IMG/VR virus record: IMGVR_UViG_3300009314_000001 | From: a virus | Taxonomy: Duplodnaviria; Caudoviricetes | DNA length: 64,000 bases | Reading direction: 5' to 3' (one strand) | In this document: positions 8,874 to 18,563 of the stretch, piece by piece | How positions within the stretch are numbered: the stretch's first letter is position 1 | Layout of the letters: each line of letters begins with the position of its first letter | Position numbers and translations under genes: made by a program | The notes under the pieces: model-generated | Seen by the model: the letters and a program-made list of their open reading frames with translations, nothing else | What the model was told of the DNA's origin: nothing | The model's database searches: none

Positions 8874-9620
8874 TTATCTCCAGAGTAAATAAAAATGGTT
8901 CAAAATAAGGGGAATTACCATGAAAAAGACCAAGATCACATTGCAACAAGCCGACAAACTGCTTTTGTCGCGGGCGACTGATTCACTGTTCTGTGGTACT
9001 GGATTCCTATCGAAGCAATGGCTTTGGGGACTAGCGATAAAAATCCTTAAAATATTGCGGCCAAAATGGGTACGCCCCGCTATTTTCGCTTTACAACCAC
9101 CAGCAGTCATAACAATATATTCATCAGGACTACCACCATACCCAGTAACAGTCTCTTTAAACCATTTCAGCACTCTGATTATATCATCAACACTACCATC
9201 AACATTTAAATCAAATTCACGCCACCCAAATGACCCTTGTAATACTAATTTAGTCCCTTCTATTCTACCCTGAGCAAAACGTTCATATTCATGCTTATGA
9301 AAACAATATGGCCAAGTCAATGTCCCAGGCTTAAATATTACACCAGCCTCATCCGCCACACCAAGAGCTAAAGGATGAACAAGTTCTAGTAAAGCCTCGT
9401 TCCAGTAATATAGTGAATCTTTCTTGGGCTCTTCAGCTTTTTCCCATAGTTCACGTGCTAGATTGTGAACCATTTCGCTACTGGCACCGTAAACTTCATC
9501 TAATCCTGGAATCCAGATAGGTGTTCTCATCATTGGAACATATGGTGCATAAAAGTATCCAGAGTTGAGTACTTCAATACCTTTTGTTTTACCGCCGAGT
9601 TGTGCTACAGGGGGTTTCAT
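8874..9620 (-). CDS. hypothetical fusion: gp23 C-terminal motif plus DUF2934-like motif
   Basis: VLNSGYFYAPYVPMMRTP matches VLDAGYFYAPYIPLLSTP of the capsid protein in this window; ARELWEKAEEPKKDSLYYWNEA follows. Confidence 0.65.
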   Translation of the reverse strand: MKPPVAQLGGKTKGIEVLNSGYFYAPYVPMMRTPIWIPGLDEVYGASSEMVHNLARELWEKAEEPKKDSLYYWNEALLELVHPLALGVADEAGVIFKPGTLTWPYCFHKHEYERFAQGRIEGTKLVLQGSFGWREFDLNVDGSVDDIIRVLKWFKETVTGYGGSPDEYIVMTAGGCKAKIAGRTHFGRNILRIFIASPQSHCFDRNPVPQNSESVARDKSSLSACCNVILVFFMVIPLILNHFYLLWR

Positions 9621-9873
9621 GATTCAACGTACTCTTAGCTTCTATCATTGCTAATCGCCATCCTTTAAGATACGGCGAAGCAGGTCCTTTAGTTGCTTCG
9701 AGATATTTTATTGCATGACAGACAGGACAACTAAGCATTGTTTCAATATCTAGTTTCGCATCATTGAAGCCTTCACGTATCTCAAGTTTTTCTTGAAGTT
9801 CTATCATGATATAGTATGGGCCTGGTCGCCCCGACAACGACCAGGCCCATTGTGCAACGAGTTTCCATCTCAA
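9589..9873 (-). CDS. hypothetical protein
   Basis: 94-aa ORF with CPVCH; start uncertain. Confidence 0.5.
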   Translation of the reverse strand: MRWKLVAQWAWSLSGRPGPYYIMIELQEKLEIREGFNDAKLDIETMLSCPVCHAIKYLEATKGPASPYLKGWRLAMIEAKSTLNHETPCSTTRR

Positions 9874-9947
9874 CTCGGAATCCTTTCAATCCTTCTCCCT
9901 TAAAATACGTTTGATTGATATAAAAAATTGTTGATCTGACAATTTAT

Positions 9948-10340
9948 TTACAACGATGGTATACATTGAATTACCATAGATGCTCGTATTTCGCCTCTTA
10001 ACATAGGTATCTTAATATTGTTTTTCGTTGATGTCAGATATGACATACATCCTATATATTGACCACCATCATATTCAAATTCAATATTATGTACCATCAT
10101 ATTCTCCCCAGGAAGATATATCTGGGGAGTCTTTCTAGTCTGACCAAGATCCTCTATAGTATTAATATGCCAAATTGCGATTATAACAGCAGTAGGATCT
10201 TCAATTCCTTCTTCAGTCACCCAAATTCGAGCTTCTGGTGTACAATAACTAGATGCTGTTACTGATGGACTATTTTCATCCATAAATTGATGGACCAATT
10301 CTTTGGTCGTAACAGCGATGACCCGATAGAACATTCGCAT
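9948..10340 (-). CDS. hypothetical protein
   Basis: 130-aa ORF coupled to the upstream gene. Confidence 0.6.
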   Translation of the reverse strand: MRMFYRVIAVTTKELVHQFMDENSPSVTASSYCTPEARIWVTEEGIEDPTAVIIAIWHINTIEDLGQTRKTPQIYLPGENMMVHNIEFEYDGGQYIGCMSYLTSTKNNIKIPMLRGEIRASMVIQCIPSL

Positions 10341-10708
10341 TATTCTTCAGGATTACGCCAGCATTCGCGTAACCACTCAACTTGATCGATATCGGGTAAT
10401 TGTGTATCAGGACCATTCATGCTCATCAAGATAAAGCATGTTAGAATCATCTCGGCTTCCGTTTTAGGCATCTGCTTTGGATATCGCTGCATAGCCTTAT
10501 AGAAAGCAAGTGATATGTGAGACCAAATCCTAATTTCATTATCAGGATTGAGATCTCTCATGAAGCCGAGTTCGAACTCTTCTAGTGTAGGTGCATTCAG
10601 GTGCCCACAGATTTTATAGATGGTCTTAAGTTTTTCTGATTGTTCGTCAGTGAGTTCACCACGAACGGGACCCGGTTGAATATCGCTGAATTTGACTTTT
10701 CTAAGCAT
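10340..10708 (-). CDS. hypothetical protein
   Basis: 122-aa ORF with a GGAGG RBS. Confidence 0.75.
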   Translation of the reverse strand: MLRKVKFSDIQPGPVRGELTDEQSEKLKTIYKICGHLNAPTLEEFELGFMRDLNPDNEIRIWSHISLAFYKAMQRYPKQMPKTEAEMILTCFILMSMNGPDTQLPDIDQVEWLRECWRNPEE

Positions 10709-10756
10709 TTTATACCTCCATAGTCCAAATACATTGCCTAACTGGAGGTATTATAC

Positions 10757-11773
10757 TTACAAGATAACTCGCCGAAGCTTACACACCATTTCGATAAGCC
10801 GTATAATACTTTCCGCAAGTCGTAAATGCTCCTCGCCCCAGTATTCGGCGAGCTCCAGATAATTGTCGGCAAGGCCTTGCATGGTCACTTGCAGATTATC
10901 GTGGTAAGTTTTATCATCAAACTTATCACGCCTCGTAAACATACAAAGCCCATGTCTTCTAGCTGCGTTTCTGAAGTCTAATTTATATCGTCTACGGTCG
11001 CCGCCTTCACCAGTCTCTAATTCCTCACCATGACCTTGAACAATTGCTGTAGCAATTTGCTCTGCCCAATCCTGGACCGGTGTCCCTTTCCTAATACCAA
11101 ATTCCCTAATATCCTTGTGGACTGGATCTCGTAGGATGTAGACACCAGTCGCCCCACCACTAAGATAAGTAGCAATAACTATATAACCATCATACTCAAA
11201 CACGTAATATCTTGATTGATATGGGAATATCTCAGCCATATTCGCACCACGACCAAAATAATCCACAACTCGATGGTGGATTATATTATCATCCTCTATA
11301 GCATCTCTATACAATCCTAACCAAAGCTCACGCCATTGACTTCGATCAAGAGGTACATCTCCTTCATCACCACCTTGTTGGTCAATTTCGTCTAAGATCT
11401 CTTCATCAGGCGGCGGAGGCGGCAAAGGTGGCGGTTGTGGTACACCAGTACTAAGATGCGATGGAGCAGTAACCACTGAATCAAGCTGCTCTGGTTTATC
11501 GATTGTGGCTTTGTTAAACCACTCATCCTCGCCACGCATAACAAGATTATTATCTATAATCTCTAGGACCTTTGGATCGTTAGGCTTAAGATTGTATTGT
11601 GTGGCTACCTTGTTAACTATAGCATCTTGTGCCTGATACAGTGCTTTCTTGCCCTGATCACCGCTCGGTATACCATACATATTAACTATATTAAGGATCT
11701 GCTTCAATATTTCGGGATCTATTTCTATGAATTCACGTATAGTGAAGTTATGATGTATCCAATTTAATCTCAT
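10757..11773 (-). CDS. hypothetical protein with a polyproline/acidic linker
   Basis: Start moved to ATG 11773 (MRLNWIHH) after GGAGG; PQPPPLPPPPPDEE linker. Confidence 0.75.
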   Translation of the reverse strand: MRLNWIHHNFTIREFIEIDPEILKQILNIVNMYGIPSGDQGKKALYQAQDAIVNKVATQYNLKPNDPKVLEIIDNNLVMRGEDEWFNKATIDKPEQLDSVVTAPSHLSTGVPQPPPLPPPPPDEEILDEIDQQGGDEGDVPLDRSQWRELWLGLYRDAIEDDNIIHHRVVDYFGRGANMAEIFPYQSRYYVFEYDGYIVIATYLSGGATGVYILRDPVHKDIREFGIRKGTPVQDWAEQIATAIVQGHGEELETGEGGDRRRYKLDFRNAARRHGLCMFTRRDKFDDKTYHDNLQVTMQGLADNYLELAEYWGEEHLRLAESIIRLIEMVCKLRRVIL

Positions 11774-11838
11774 GACCAATCCTCCGCTGTATTTTTGTTC
11801 TGGAGGTGGAGTATTATCCCTGACACCAAAAATATTAT

Positions 11839-12066
11839 ATGAAAATCTGTATGATAGAATCAGCATCAGCTCCACAATTAATCAAAACACTGTGGAGTCC
11901 CGCTGTCGCTTACATTAGATATCCAAATGGAGAAATCTGGGAATATATTGTATACGACGACGCTGAACTACGATGGCTAATCAAGAAGTACGGTAGAAAT
12001 AAGGGACGACTAGCAAACAAACTAAAGAAGTATGAATCAAGACTAACTAACCCAGTCCCATTCTAA
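11839..12066 (+). CDS. small hypothetical protein
   Basis: 75-aa ORF converging on the radical SAM gene. Confidence 0.55.
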   Translation: MKICMIESASAPQLIKTLWSPAVAYIRYPNGEIWEYIVYDDAELRWLIKKYGRNKGRLANKLKKYESRLTNPVPF

Positions 12067-12857
12067 TAAGTAACATACCTCCACAGCTTTTTTCTTCGGC
12101 ATCGTCGGCATAACGGTAATTTGGTTCTCTTACGTATCAACTCTGGTACAGTAATATCATCAAATACTGTGTACCCAGCATCCACTTTATAACTAGCACA
12201 GCATAAATAATACCGTCCATCATGACCAATCGGTATCCAATTTATAATATTACAAGAACGATAGTTTGGATGACCTGGAGGATTTTCGGTCTTAACATAT
12301 AAATCGTGTTCATAACCCGCCAATAACTCTTCAACCCCAACATTTAATTTTAGTAAAACAAATTCAAGACCATGTTCACTACAAAAATCGCGAGCTATTT
12401 CTTGTTCATGAACATTATACTTATGATGCAGCCAACGAACACATATTTTTGTTCTTTGTTGTGCTAAGAATCTATGTATATTAGCCATTACTAATTCAAA
12501 ATCGCCACCCCTATGATATATCCTATAAACATCAGGCGTCATTCCAGATAATGAAATATATATTATTCTAAAATTATTAAGAGAGTCTAGTTTTTCATCT
12601 GATAGAGGTAATGAAAAATTGGTACTCACGCAAGAATCAGTATCTTTAATCATATTAGAAACAGTTATAAACTCATCATGAAGTAAAGGCTCTCCGCCAT
12701 TATACCAATGTAAACAATATTGCTCCCCAAATCTTTCTATAACTTTTTCTACTATTTCTAAAGACATTTGTTCGTTAGATGGCGTATGAGTACTATTCCA
12801 ACAGAGAACACATCGTAAATTACAACCATCAACCAATTCAGGATTGATATATATCAT
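12063..12857 (-). CDS. radical SAM protein with a C-terminal SPASM/twitch-like Cys cluster
   Basis: CNLRCVLC, GGEPLLH, and C-terminal C...LCC...CRRC. Confidence 0.9.
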   Translation of the reverse strand: MIYINPELVDGCNLRCVLCWNSTHTPSNEQMSLEIVEKVIERFGEQYCLHWYNGGEPLLHDEFITVSNMIKDTDSCVSTNFSLPLSDEKLDSLNNFRIIYISLSGMTPDVYRIYHRGGDFELVMANIHRFLAQQRTKICVRWLHHKYNVHEQEIARDFCSEHGLEFVLLKLNVGVEELLAGYEHDLYVKTENPPGHPNYRSCNIINWIPIGHDGRYYLCCASYKVDAGYTVFDDITVPELIRKRTKLPLCRRCRRKKLWRYVTY

Positions 12858-13516
12858 ATCATCGCCATCCTTCGATCATTAATTCTAACATAAACATTTA
12901 TTAACCTCTCCAAAACAAACGGGATGGCAGGAAATTTTTCAAAGCCTGTTTGTTCCGTAAACGTTTCCGGCGTAGGATAGTCTACAAGCTCTCTCAGGAC
13001 TTCATATAATTCTTCATCAGTCACGATTAAATCTATAGCTGGTCTGAGTAAAGTAGTAACAAAATCGATATATACCTCTCTCCGTGCTATAAAATAATTA
13101 CTATAAATACATAGCTCTTCTTTATCGAAGGATGGTATATATGGAATAACACTCTGTTCTAGAAGTTTTTGAAGAATAATTTCAAAACCAGTTTTAACAC
13201 CTCTATAAGTATAGGAATGTTTATGTGGTCTTCCAAATTTGCCTTTTCGTTTTGGAGCTAATATATCATACTTTCCACGTTTTCGAACTCCATTTTGCAG
13301 TCTCTCGAAGTTAAAACCTCGAATTTTTCTATCAACTTTCCAAGAGAACACACCAAACCAATCACAATCTGAGCACTCTCCTTGGCCTACCAAATCACAT
13401 ATAATTCCACTCTCTAGATAAATATCCGCAATCTCATTGAAGTACGGAATAAAGCCCTCCAATAGAAACTTCCTCTGGAATCTTCTATAGTAGATCTGAT
13501 ATACTTTAATTCTCAT
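12854..13516 (-). CDS. putative glycosyltransferase-associated protein
   Basis: KVYQIYY, WFGVFSWK, SNYFIARRE and PFVLERL resemble motifs of glycan-modification proteins (by eye only). Confidence 0.45.
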   Translation of the reverse strand: MRIKVYQIYYRRFQRKFLLEGFIPYFNEIADIYLESGIICDLVGQGECSDCDWFGVFSWKVDRKIRGFNFERLQNGVRKRGKYDILAPKRKGKFGRPHKHSYTYRGVKTGFEIILQKLLEQSVIPYIPSFDKEELCIYSNYFIARREVYIDFVTTLLRPAIDLIVTDEELYEVLRELVDYPTPETFTEQTGFEKFPAIPFVLERLINVYVRINDRRMAMI

Positions 13517-13763
13517 GACAGCATTTGAGATTTAGTTTTTCACCATCTAGATTGAATGTTTCTACATATTCGGCCCACCCTGATATATTAGCTTTAACAC
13601 CAACTATAGATTTTGGTATTCTTCTATGTTCAATATGGGTAGTCTCACCTTCCCTCAACCATATTCTATGATGGCGAACACGCCGTTTAGCCCTCACAAC
13701 CGATATAGCAACAACATCCTTACGTTTCGTCGCAAAATCGCCATGAGGAGTACTAATAATCAT
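13506..13763 (-). CDS. hypothetical protein
   Basis: 85-aa ORF with overlapping start/stop junctions. Confidence 0.55.
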   Translation of the reverse strand: MIISTPHGDFATKRKDVVAISVVRAKRRVRHHRIWLREGETTHIEHRRIPKSIVGVKANISGWAEYVETFNLDGEKLNLKCCHEN

Positions 13764-14143
13764 TCTATCGGTAGGTGTTCACACCAATCCGGCATCAGGT
13801 CTGTTAAGTGCTTCATCATTTCATCAATGATTATATCAACAATTCTAGCGGGACTTGTATTAGGATCAGTAATATCAAAACTTACCCGACAAAAACTTAG
13901 AATATCTCTACCTGGTCTACCATCATATCGTACTATTTTACAATGAAGACCATAATCCTCGAATCTTATACTAGCCCCACAATCTATCCATTCTTTTGCT
14001 CCGTCATCTTCCGCTTCCATAGCAATAACATATTCATCATTGCCATTATCATAAAAAACATGAAAATCTAATCCAAGTACTAATTTACAATGATTAGCAA
14101 TTTCCTCAGCTAATATTTCGATCAGTACCATTATCATTACCAC
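13760..14143 (-). CDS. hypothetical protein with C-terminal FDITDPNT motif
   Basis: 127-aa ORF; motif shared with three other ORFs here. Confidence 0.65.
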   Translation of the reverse strand: MVMIMVLIEILAEEIANHCKLVLGLDFHVFYDNGNDEYVIAMEAEDDGAKEWIDCGASIRFEDYGLHCKIVRYDGRPGRDILSFCRVSFDITDPNTSPARIVDIIIDEMMKHLTDLMPDWCEHLPIE

Positions 14144-14154
14144 TACGAATAAAA

Positions 14155-14244
14155 CTGGCGGGCAGGGAGTTGAACCCTGCCATTCCCGGCTACATGGCTT
14201 GCAAAACCAGCACTCCGAGCGTCCTGTCCCCTAGACCACCGCCA
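14155..14244 (-). tRNA. non-canonical tRNA-like RNA (apical anticodon loop UU-UGC-AA, extended anticodon arm)
   Basis: Minus strand: TGGCGG / TG / GTCT-AGGGGACA-GGAC / G / CTCGG-[25 nt]-CCGGG / AATG / GCAGGG-TTCAACT-CCCTGC / CCGCCA / G. D and T arms are clear; CCA is not encoded after the discriminator. Confidence 0.7.
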
Positions 14245-14276
14245 CGGGCTATGCACACTCGCCCGCTGCCAAACTC

Positions 14277-15290
14277 TTACCAAGCCCCCGATCGTATAAA
14301 ACACTCCAACTTCTGCTCAACACACCCCCACCACTTCTCAATCGCACTTGGATCACACAAAGGAACACGAAAAAACGGATTCTTAAGCGCCTCAGCACTC
14401 ATACTAAAAACAAGATCCCCATCATGAACCACAGTACTACACTTCCTAGCAGAATCAACATCCACATGAAACCCAAGTAACGTCACAAGAATCTTCCAAC
14501 CCTGCAGAAAAAACCGCACCTGCACCCTCCGACCAAGCTCAAGAACAAGCAAAGCAACCTCATCCAACTCACAACCATGAACCTCCAACAACTCAGTACA
14601 CCTCACCCCACGCTGACCAACAAGAACCCTAATAAAATCCTCATTAGAACTCTTCCCCTTAGCAAGATTCACCCACTTGCAAAGCAACTGAACATTACCC
14701 CTCGTATAGCCCTCATCAGAATCAATACGGTCAACAGAAATACTACAAAGATCGCCAAACTTATGAGTCATAGGAAGACCACTAAGAGCACAACGGCCGC
14801 CCCGCTCTTCATAAAGCCCCCACAAATCCTCAAAAGTAATAGAGACTCCCAGCAAAGCTCTTTGTCTATTTGGATAAGTAGTTATTTTTCCTTTTCTAGC
14901 TTGATTTGATTGTTTTGTAAGATGATGCATTAGATTCCTGATAAAAGCTTCAGGAGACCTTTGGATAGCTTTCCGAACTGAAGCTATCCGCTGTTTCTTA
15001 TTCTTCTGATAATCATCTTTTTTATATTGTTTCAATCGGTCAGCATGGTCTTTTCTGTATTGTTCATGAACTTTACTTTGGCATTCACGGCAAATATTAC
15101 TGCCCTTCTTGAAAGGCTTTGAATCACGTGGATCACCGCATTCGCGACACTTATTCGGATCATTTCTTGTAGATCTTTCGGCTTCTATATGTCCACAGGA
15201 AGTACATATCCACCTTTCAGGCTTCTTTGGGTGTGTAAAAATAGTATGCCCGCATTCACTACATTTCTCAGGCTTCTTTAATGATGTCAT
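14277..15290 (-). CDS. Zn-ribbon plus His-Me-finger-like (DRI variant) endonuclease
   Basis: Several CxxC pairs; CALSGLPM...SISVDRIDSDEGYTRGNVQLLCKWVNLAK. Start moved to ATG 15290 after AGGAG. Confidence 0.75.
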   Translation of the reverse strand: MTSLKKPEKCSECGHTIFTHPKKPERWICTSCGHIEAERSTRNDPNKCRECGDPRDSKPFKKGSNICRECQSKVHEQYRKDHADRLKQYKKDDYQKNKKQRIASVRKAIQRSPEAFIRNLMHHLTKQSNQARKGKITTYPNRQRALLGVSITFEDLWGLYEERGGRCALSGLPMTHKFGDLCSISVDRIDSDEGYTRGNVQLLCKWVNLAKGKSSNEDFIRVLVGQRGVRCTELLEVHGCELDEVALLVLELGRRVQVRFFLQGWKILVTLLGFHVDVDSARKCSTVVHDGDLVFSMSAEALKNPFFRVPLCDPSAIEKWWGCVEQKLECFIRSGAW

Positions 15291-15322
15291 TTTAGATAGT
15301 CTCCTGTCTTTAGAATACATAC

Positions 15323-15356
15323 AAAAAAAGCCCGGACTGAACAACCAATCCGGGCT
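15323..15356 (-). terminator. rho-independent terminator downstream of the major capsid gene
   Basis: AGCCCGGA / TCCGGGCT stem followed by a T7 tract on the minus strand. Confidence 0.9.
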
Positions 15357-15397
15357 CATTATTTTTGTTCGAAGACAGCAGACTCGATAACGGTCGT

Positions 15398-16993
15398 TTA
15401 CAAATTCGAGACCGTTACGGTGGCATAGTAAAGACCCCCATCCTCGATGAGTTTCTTCCCATATCGAGTCATGATCCCCTTGTTGGGGGTGAACGAGTTG
15501 GGATCGAGGACTGTTGGCGTGCTCAGGAGCGGGATGTATGGGGCGTAGAAGTAGCCCGCATCCAGGACTGAGTTGCCTTTGAAGCCCATGAGAATCTTGC
15601 AGTTGGGGAACAGCGGATCCTTGTAGATCTTCATCTTGCCTTGGATCGTGCCGATGTTCATGATCCCGATGTCGACACCCTCGGTCGTGAACGCGTCGCT
15701 CGCTCGGAAGTCATTCAACTGCTCGAACTTCGAGCAGATATCGGCGGACATCACCATCCAGTTGGCAGGACCTCGCAAGGTGGTCCTATGGATGATGTTG
15801 GCCACTTCAAGGACTTTATACATCAAGGCGATGTTGCGGTCCGTGAAGTTCACCGAAGCACCAGCGGCCGTAGCGAAGTTGTGGTCCGCTCGGATGGCTG
15901 CCGCGATTATCAAGTCGTTGATGATTTCACGATCGATTTCCGCGACCATCTCATCGGCCATCAGGTCGGTGAGGGTGGACTCGGCGTCGATGTTGTGAAC
16001 CGACTTGAGGTCTTGAGCGGCCTCTAGTGACCAGCTCGTCTTCAGCTTACGAGTAATGGCTGCCACCGAATCGCTGTCGATGCTCAGCGTGACTTCGGGC
16101 TGGAAGGGATTCGCCTCGAGGTCGTACTCGTAATTAACCCGTGCCACTGCTCCGGCGGGTAGTGTACCGGCACTCAGCGTGATCTGAACGGCACCGGTCG
16201 TGTGGTCAAACGCGGTAGCACCAGTCGTGGTGTCGTCGACCGTGATCGTGTCGGTGAAGTTCGTGCAGTCACCGTAGATGATGACGTCCGGATTGCCGTC
16301 TGCATCGAAGCTGACGCGTAGGCAGGGTACTGCTTCTTCACAGTCCGGATTGGCTTCTGCGGCCGTCTCGAAGGCCTCGACAACCACCGTTCCTGCCAGG
16401 ACTGGTCGGTGTGCCAGAGTAGCGGCAATAACCGTGCCACCAGAAACCGTTGCGTCTTCACCGCGTACTTCTTGCGAGCTGTAGTACGGGTCCAGAGCCC
16501 AACCGTTCTGCCTTGAGAACGTCTGGGCCGTGTTTTGACGCATGATCTGGGTGCCAGCAACCGTCTGGCCCTTCGTCAGGGCGTAACGGTATCTGATGTA
16601 GAAGATCAGACTGGCCGGTTGGCTCATCGGCTGGACGCCAACGAGGTTGTCCGCAATCAGCTTCGGATACGATTTGCGGATAAGGGGTAACGCGAAACGG
16701 GTGAAGTCCGCGATGTTGGCCGTCGTCGTCTGGTCTTCCAGAATGACGCTTCTGTTCTCGGGATTCCAGGTATTGAACTGGTTCTCGAGAATACTTGCCA
16801 TCAGGCCGAATTTTTTCTGCGGCACTTCACGGCATTTGCTTAGGACCGGACTCCACTTGCCCACGAGTCGGTTTTTCTTACCTTCGTGGATGATCGCTGC
16901 TTTGTGGAGATCTGTTTCTTCGGTGATTGGGCGGCGACCTTGGCCGCGTCCCTCGGTAATGTGTCTGCGACGCTTTTGGCGCGTAGGAAGCAT
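15398..16993 (-). CDS. major capsid protein, T4 gp23-like, with an inserted beta-rich domain
   Basis: LVGVQPMSQPASLIFYIRY, RKLKTSWSLEAAQDLKSVHNIDAE, EIDREII, GYFYAPYIPL; high-GC codon bias. Confidence 0.97.
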   Translation of the reverse strand: MLPTRQKRRRHITEGRGQGRRPITEETDLHKAAIIHEGKKNRLVGKWSPVLSKCREVPQKKFGLMASILENQFNTWNPENRSVILEDQTTTANIADFTRFALPLIRKSYPKLIADNLVGVQPMSQPASLIFYIRYRYALTKGQTVAGTQIMRQNTAQTFSRQNGWALDPYYSSQEVRGEDATVSGGTVIAATLAHRPVLAGTVVVEAFETAAEANPDCEEAVPCLRVSFDADGNPDVIIYGDCTNFTDTITVDDTTTGATAFDHTTGAVQITLSAGTLPAGAVARVNYEYDLEANPFQPEVTLSIDSDSVAAITRKLKTSWSLEAAQDLKSVHNIDAESTLTDLMADEMVAEIDREIINDLIIAAAIRADHNFATAAGASVNFTDRNIALMYKVLEVANIIHRTTLRGPANWMVMSADICSKFEQLNDFRASDAFTTEGVDIGIMNIGTIQGKMKIYKDPLFPNCKILMGFKGNSVLDAGYFYAPYIPLLSTPTVLDPNSFTPNKGIMTRYGKKLIEDGGLYYATVTVSNL

Positions 16994-17045
16994 GAGTATG
17001 CCCTCCGGTTAAGTTACTAGATATTGTCGAAATTTTCGATCCGTA

Positions 17046-17786
17046 TTAGACCAGATCCTCTGACATCTGATCGGCGATACCGTCAACGGTATACGTGTCA
17101 CCGTTGCCACCACCGGTTGTTTGCGGCTCTGTCCGCCTTGCCGGTGGTTTAGGATCTTGGTTCTCGAGGATTGTTGCCCGTGTCGAGACCGGCTTTCCGC
17201 CTCGGCGTCTCTCGTCAATTCGTCGCTTACCCTTCTTCTTGGGGCGTTGGCGACTTTCGCTGAGATTACCAGACTTCAACCGTGCCATTTCGGTGGTCAA
17301 TCGACGATTGTCCTTGAGGACTTTTTCGGCGATTGCGGTTTGACGGTTGGCTGTCTCGACGGCTTTCTTCCGTTCCTCGTTCGCCAAATGGATCTGCTTT
17401 TTCGCTTTTTCGACAATGGCTGTAGATTGTCCGTTGGTCCCGCCATCGGTTGTTAAGCCGGATAGCATTTCTGTAATGCTTCGCAGCTTGGCGAGGGCTT
17501 CGGACTCACTAAGGGCCGACTGCTTGACGAGCTGAGCCTCAATGGCTGCTCCCTTAGCTTCGCAGAAGATTTGGAGGCGACGAGCGAGCTCACGTTTGTG
17601 AGTCTCGGTTTCCTCTAAGCAGACCTTCTTGGCCTGCTCAACTTTGGCTGAGAATTCCTTCTCATATTGCTCACGAAGAGTACCTTTGTACTTCTCTAGG
17701 CTCTCACAGATTTGGGCAGCGAGCTCTTCAGAAACACCTGCTTTTTGAAGTAAGGCCTTGATTTTGTCCATCGTATTACTCCTCAC
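17046..17786 (-). CDS. prohead core/scaffold protein (gp22 position)
   Basis: Coiled-coil, charged protein between the protease and the capsid gene. Confidence 0.7.
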   Translation of the reverse strand: MRSNTMDKIKALLQKAGVSEELAAQICESLEKYKGTLREQYEKEFSAKVEQAKKVCLEETETHKRELARRLQIFCEAKGAAIEAQLVKQSALSESEALAKLRSITEMLSGLTTDGGTNGQSTAIVEKAKKQIHLANEERKKAVETANRQTAIAEKVLKDNRRLTTEMARLKSGNLSESRQRPKKKGKRRIDERRRGGKPVSTRATILENQDPKPPARRTEPQTTGGGNGDTYTVDGIADQMSEDLV

Positions 17787-17804
17787 GAGTTCCCGTTATT
17801 CGCA

Positions 17805-17814
17805 ATTATATTTG
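17805..17814 (-). promoter_or_regulatory. putative late promoter CAAATATAAT
   Basis: Intergenic, upstream of the scaffold/capsid genes; identical 10-mer at 34205-34214. Confidence 0.45.
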
Positions 17815-17843
17815 AATGGAAATCCTAGTTATTACTGAAATAG

Positions 17844-18563
17844 TTACAGACCAAAGAAAGCATCAATTTCCTTGACCAGCATCTTCTGATACACCTCAGG
17901 ACTGAATCTACTACGACTTCTGCGAACAGGACTAAGTCGCTTATTCAGACTTTCAGTAATATTCAAAATTGCCCCACCCACTGAGGGTTCGGCAACCGCA
18001 TCCCACGTAACAAAAGCATAACCAGGCATTACACGATAGGTCTCATGACCACCCTGTTCCTGGACCTCCATGTCCCCGACACCACGCGAAGAAATTCCTA
18101 CCCGGACCTTATGCTCAAATAATCCACGAAGCATCGCCCCACAAGGTAACAAATGGAGTACCTCAGCCTCACCATAGACCTTCTTACCCTCCATCCAGAC
18201 CTTAGTGATCAAATGGCTAGCACGATCAAGATGGATCTTAGCATCAGCAGGGTGATCATATTCACCCATTACCGCACGTGCAGTAATATCCTCCTGAATC
18301 TGATTTACCGCTGGAGCCAAAACATCCCTAGTCGGATAGAATCGACCGTTAGCATTCTCCTTATCACCCAATTGGAACAGACCAGTTACTCTCGTAAGTG
18401 GTTGCTGTTGACCATTAATATCCTCAACAACAGTCTTCTGGTCAAGGACTTCAAACGGGTGAGTGTCCTGAATAAGCTGATAACCGGTGGGTACTATACC
18501 AGTTTCAGCTATCAAGCCACGGTTAAAGAGCGGTCTTGTAGCGCTTCTTGTGGGAAGAACCAT
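17844..18563 (-). CDS. prohead core protease, T4 gp21-like
   Basis: KENANGRFYP, MGEYDHPAD, HLDRASHLIT, VGISSRGVG, TWDAVAEPS. Confidence 0.95.
   Translation of the reverse strand: MVLPTRSATRPLFNRGLIAETGIVPTGYQLIQDTHPFEVLDQKTVVEDINGQQQPLTRVTGLFQLGDKENANGRFYPTRDVLAPAVNQIQEDITARAVMGEYDHPADAKIHLDRASHLITKVWMEGKKVYGEAEVLHLLPCGAMLRGLFEHKVRVGISSRGVGDMEVQEQGGHETYRVMPGYAFVTWDAVAEPSVGGAILNITESLNKRLSPVRRSRSRFSPEVYQKMLVKEIDAFFGL

Noticed and set aside
14155-14244. tmRNA, tRNA-Sec or a canonical intron-containing tRNA
   Set aside because: Too short for tmRNA and lacks G3:U70; no UCA anticodon; removing 18 nt cannot give a canonical loop because positions 32-33 would be A-G.
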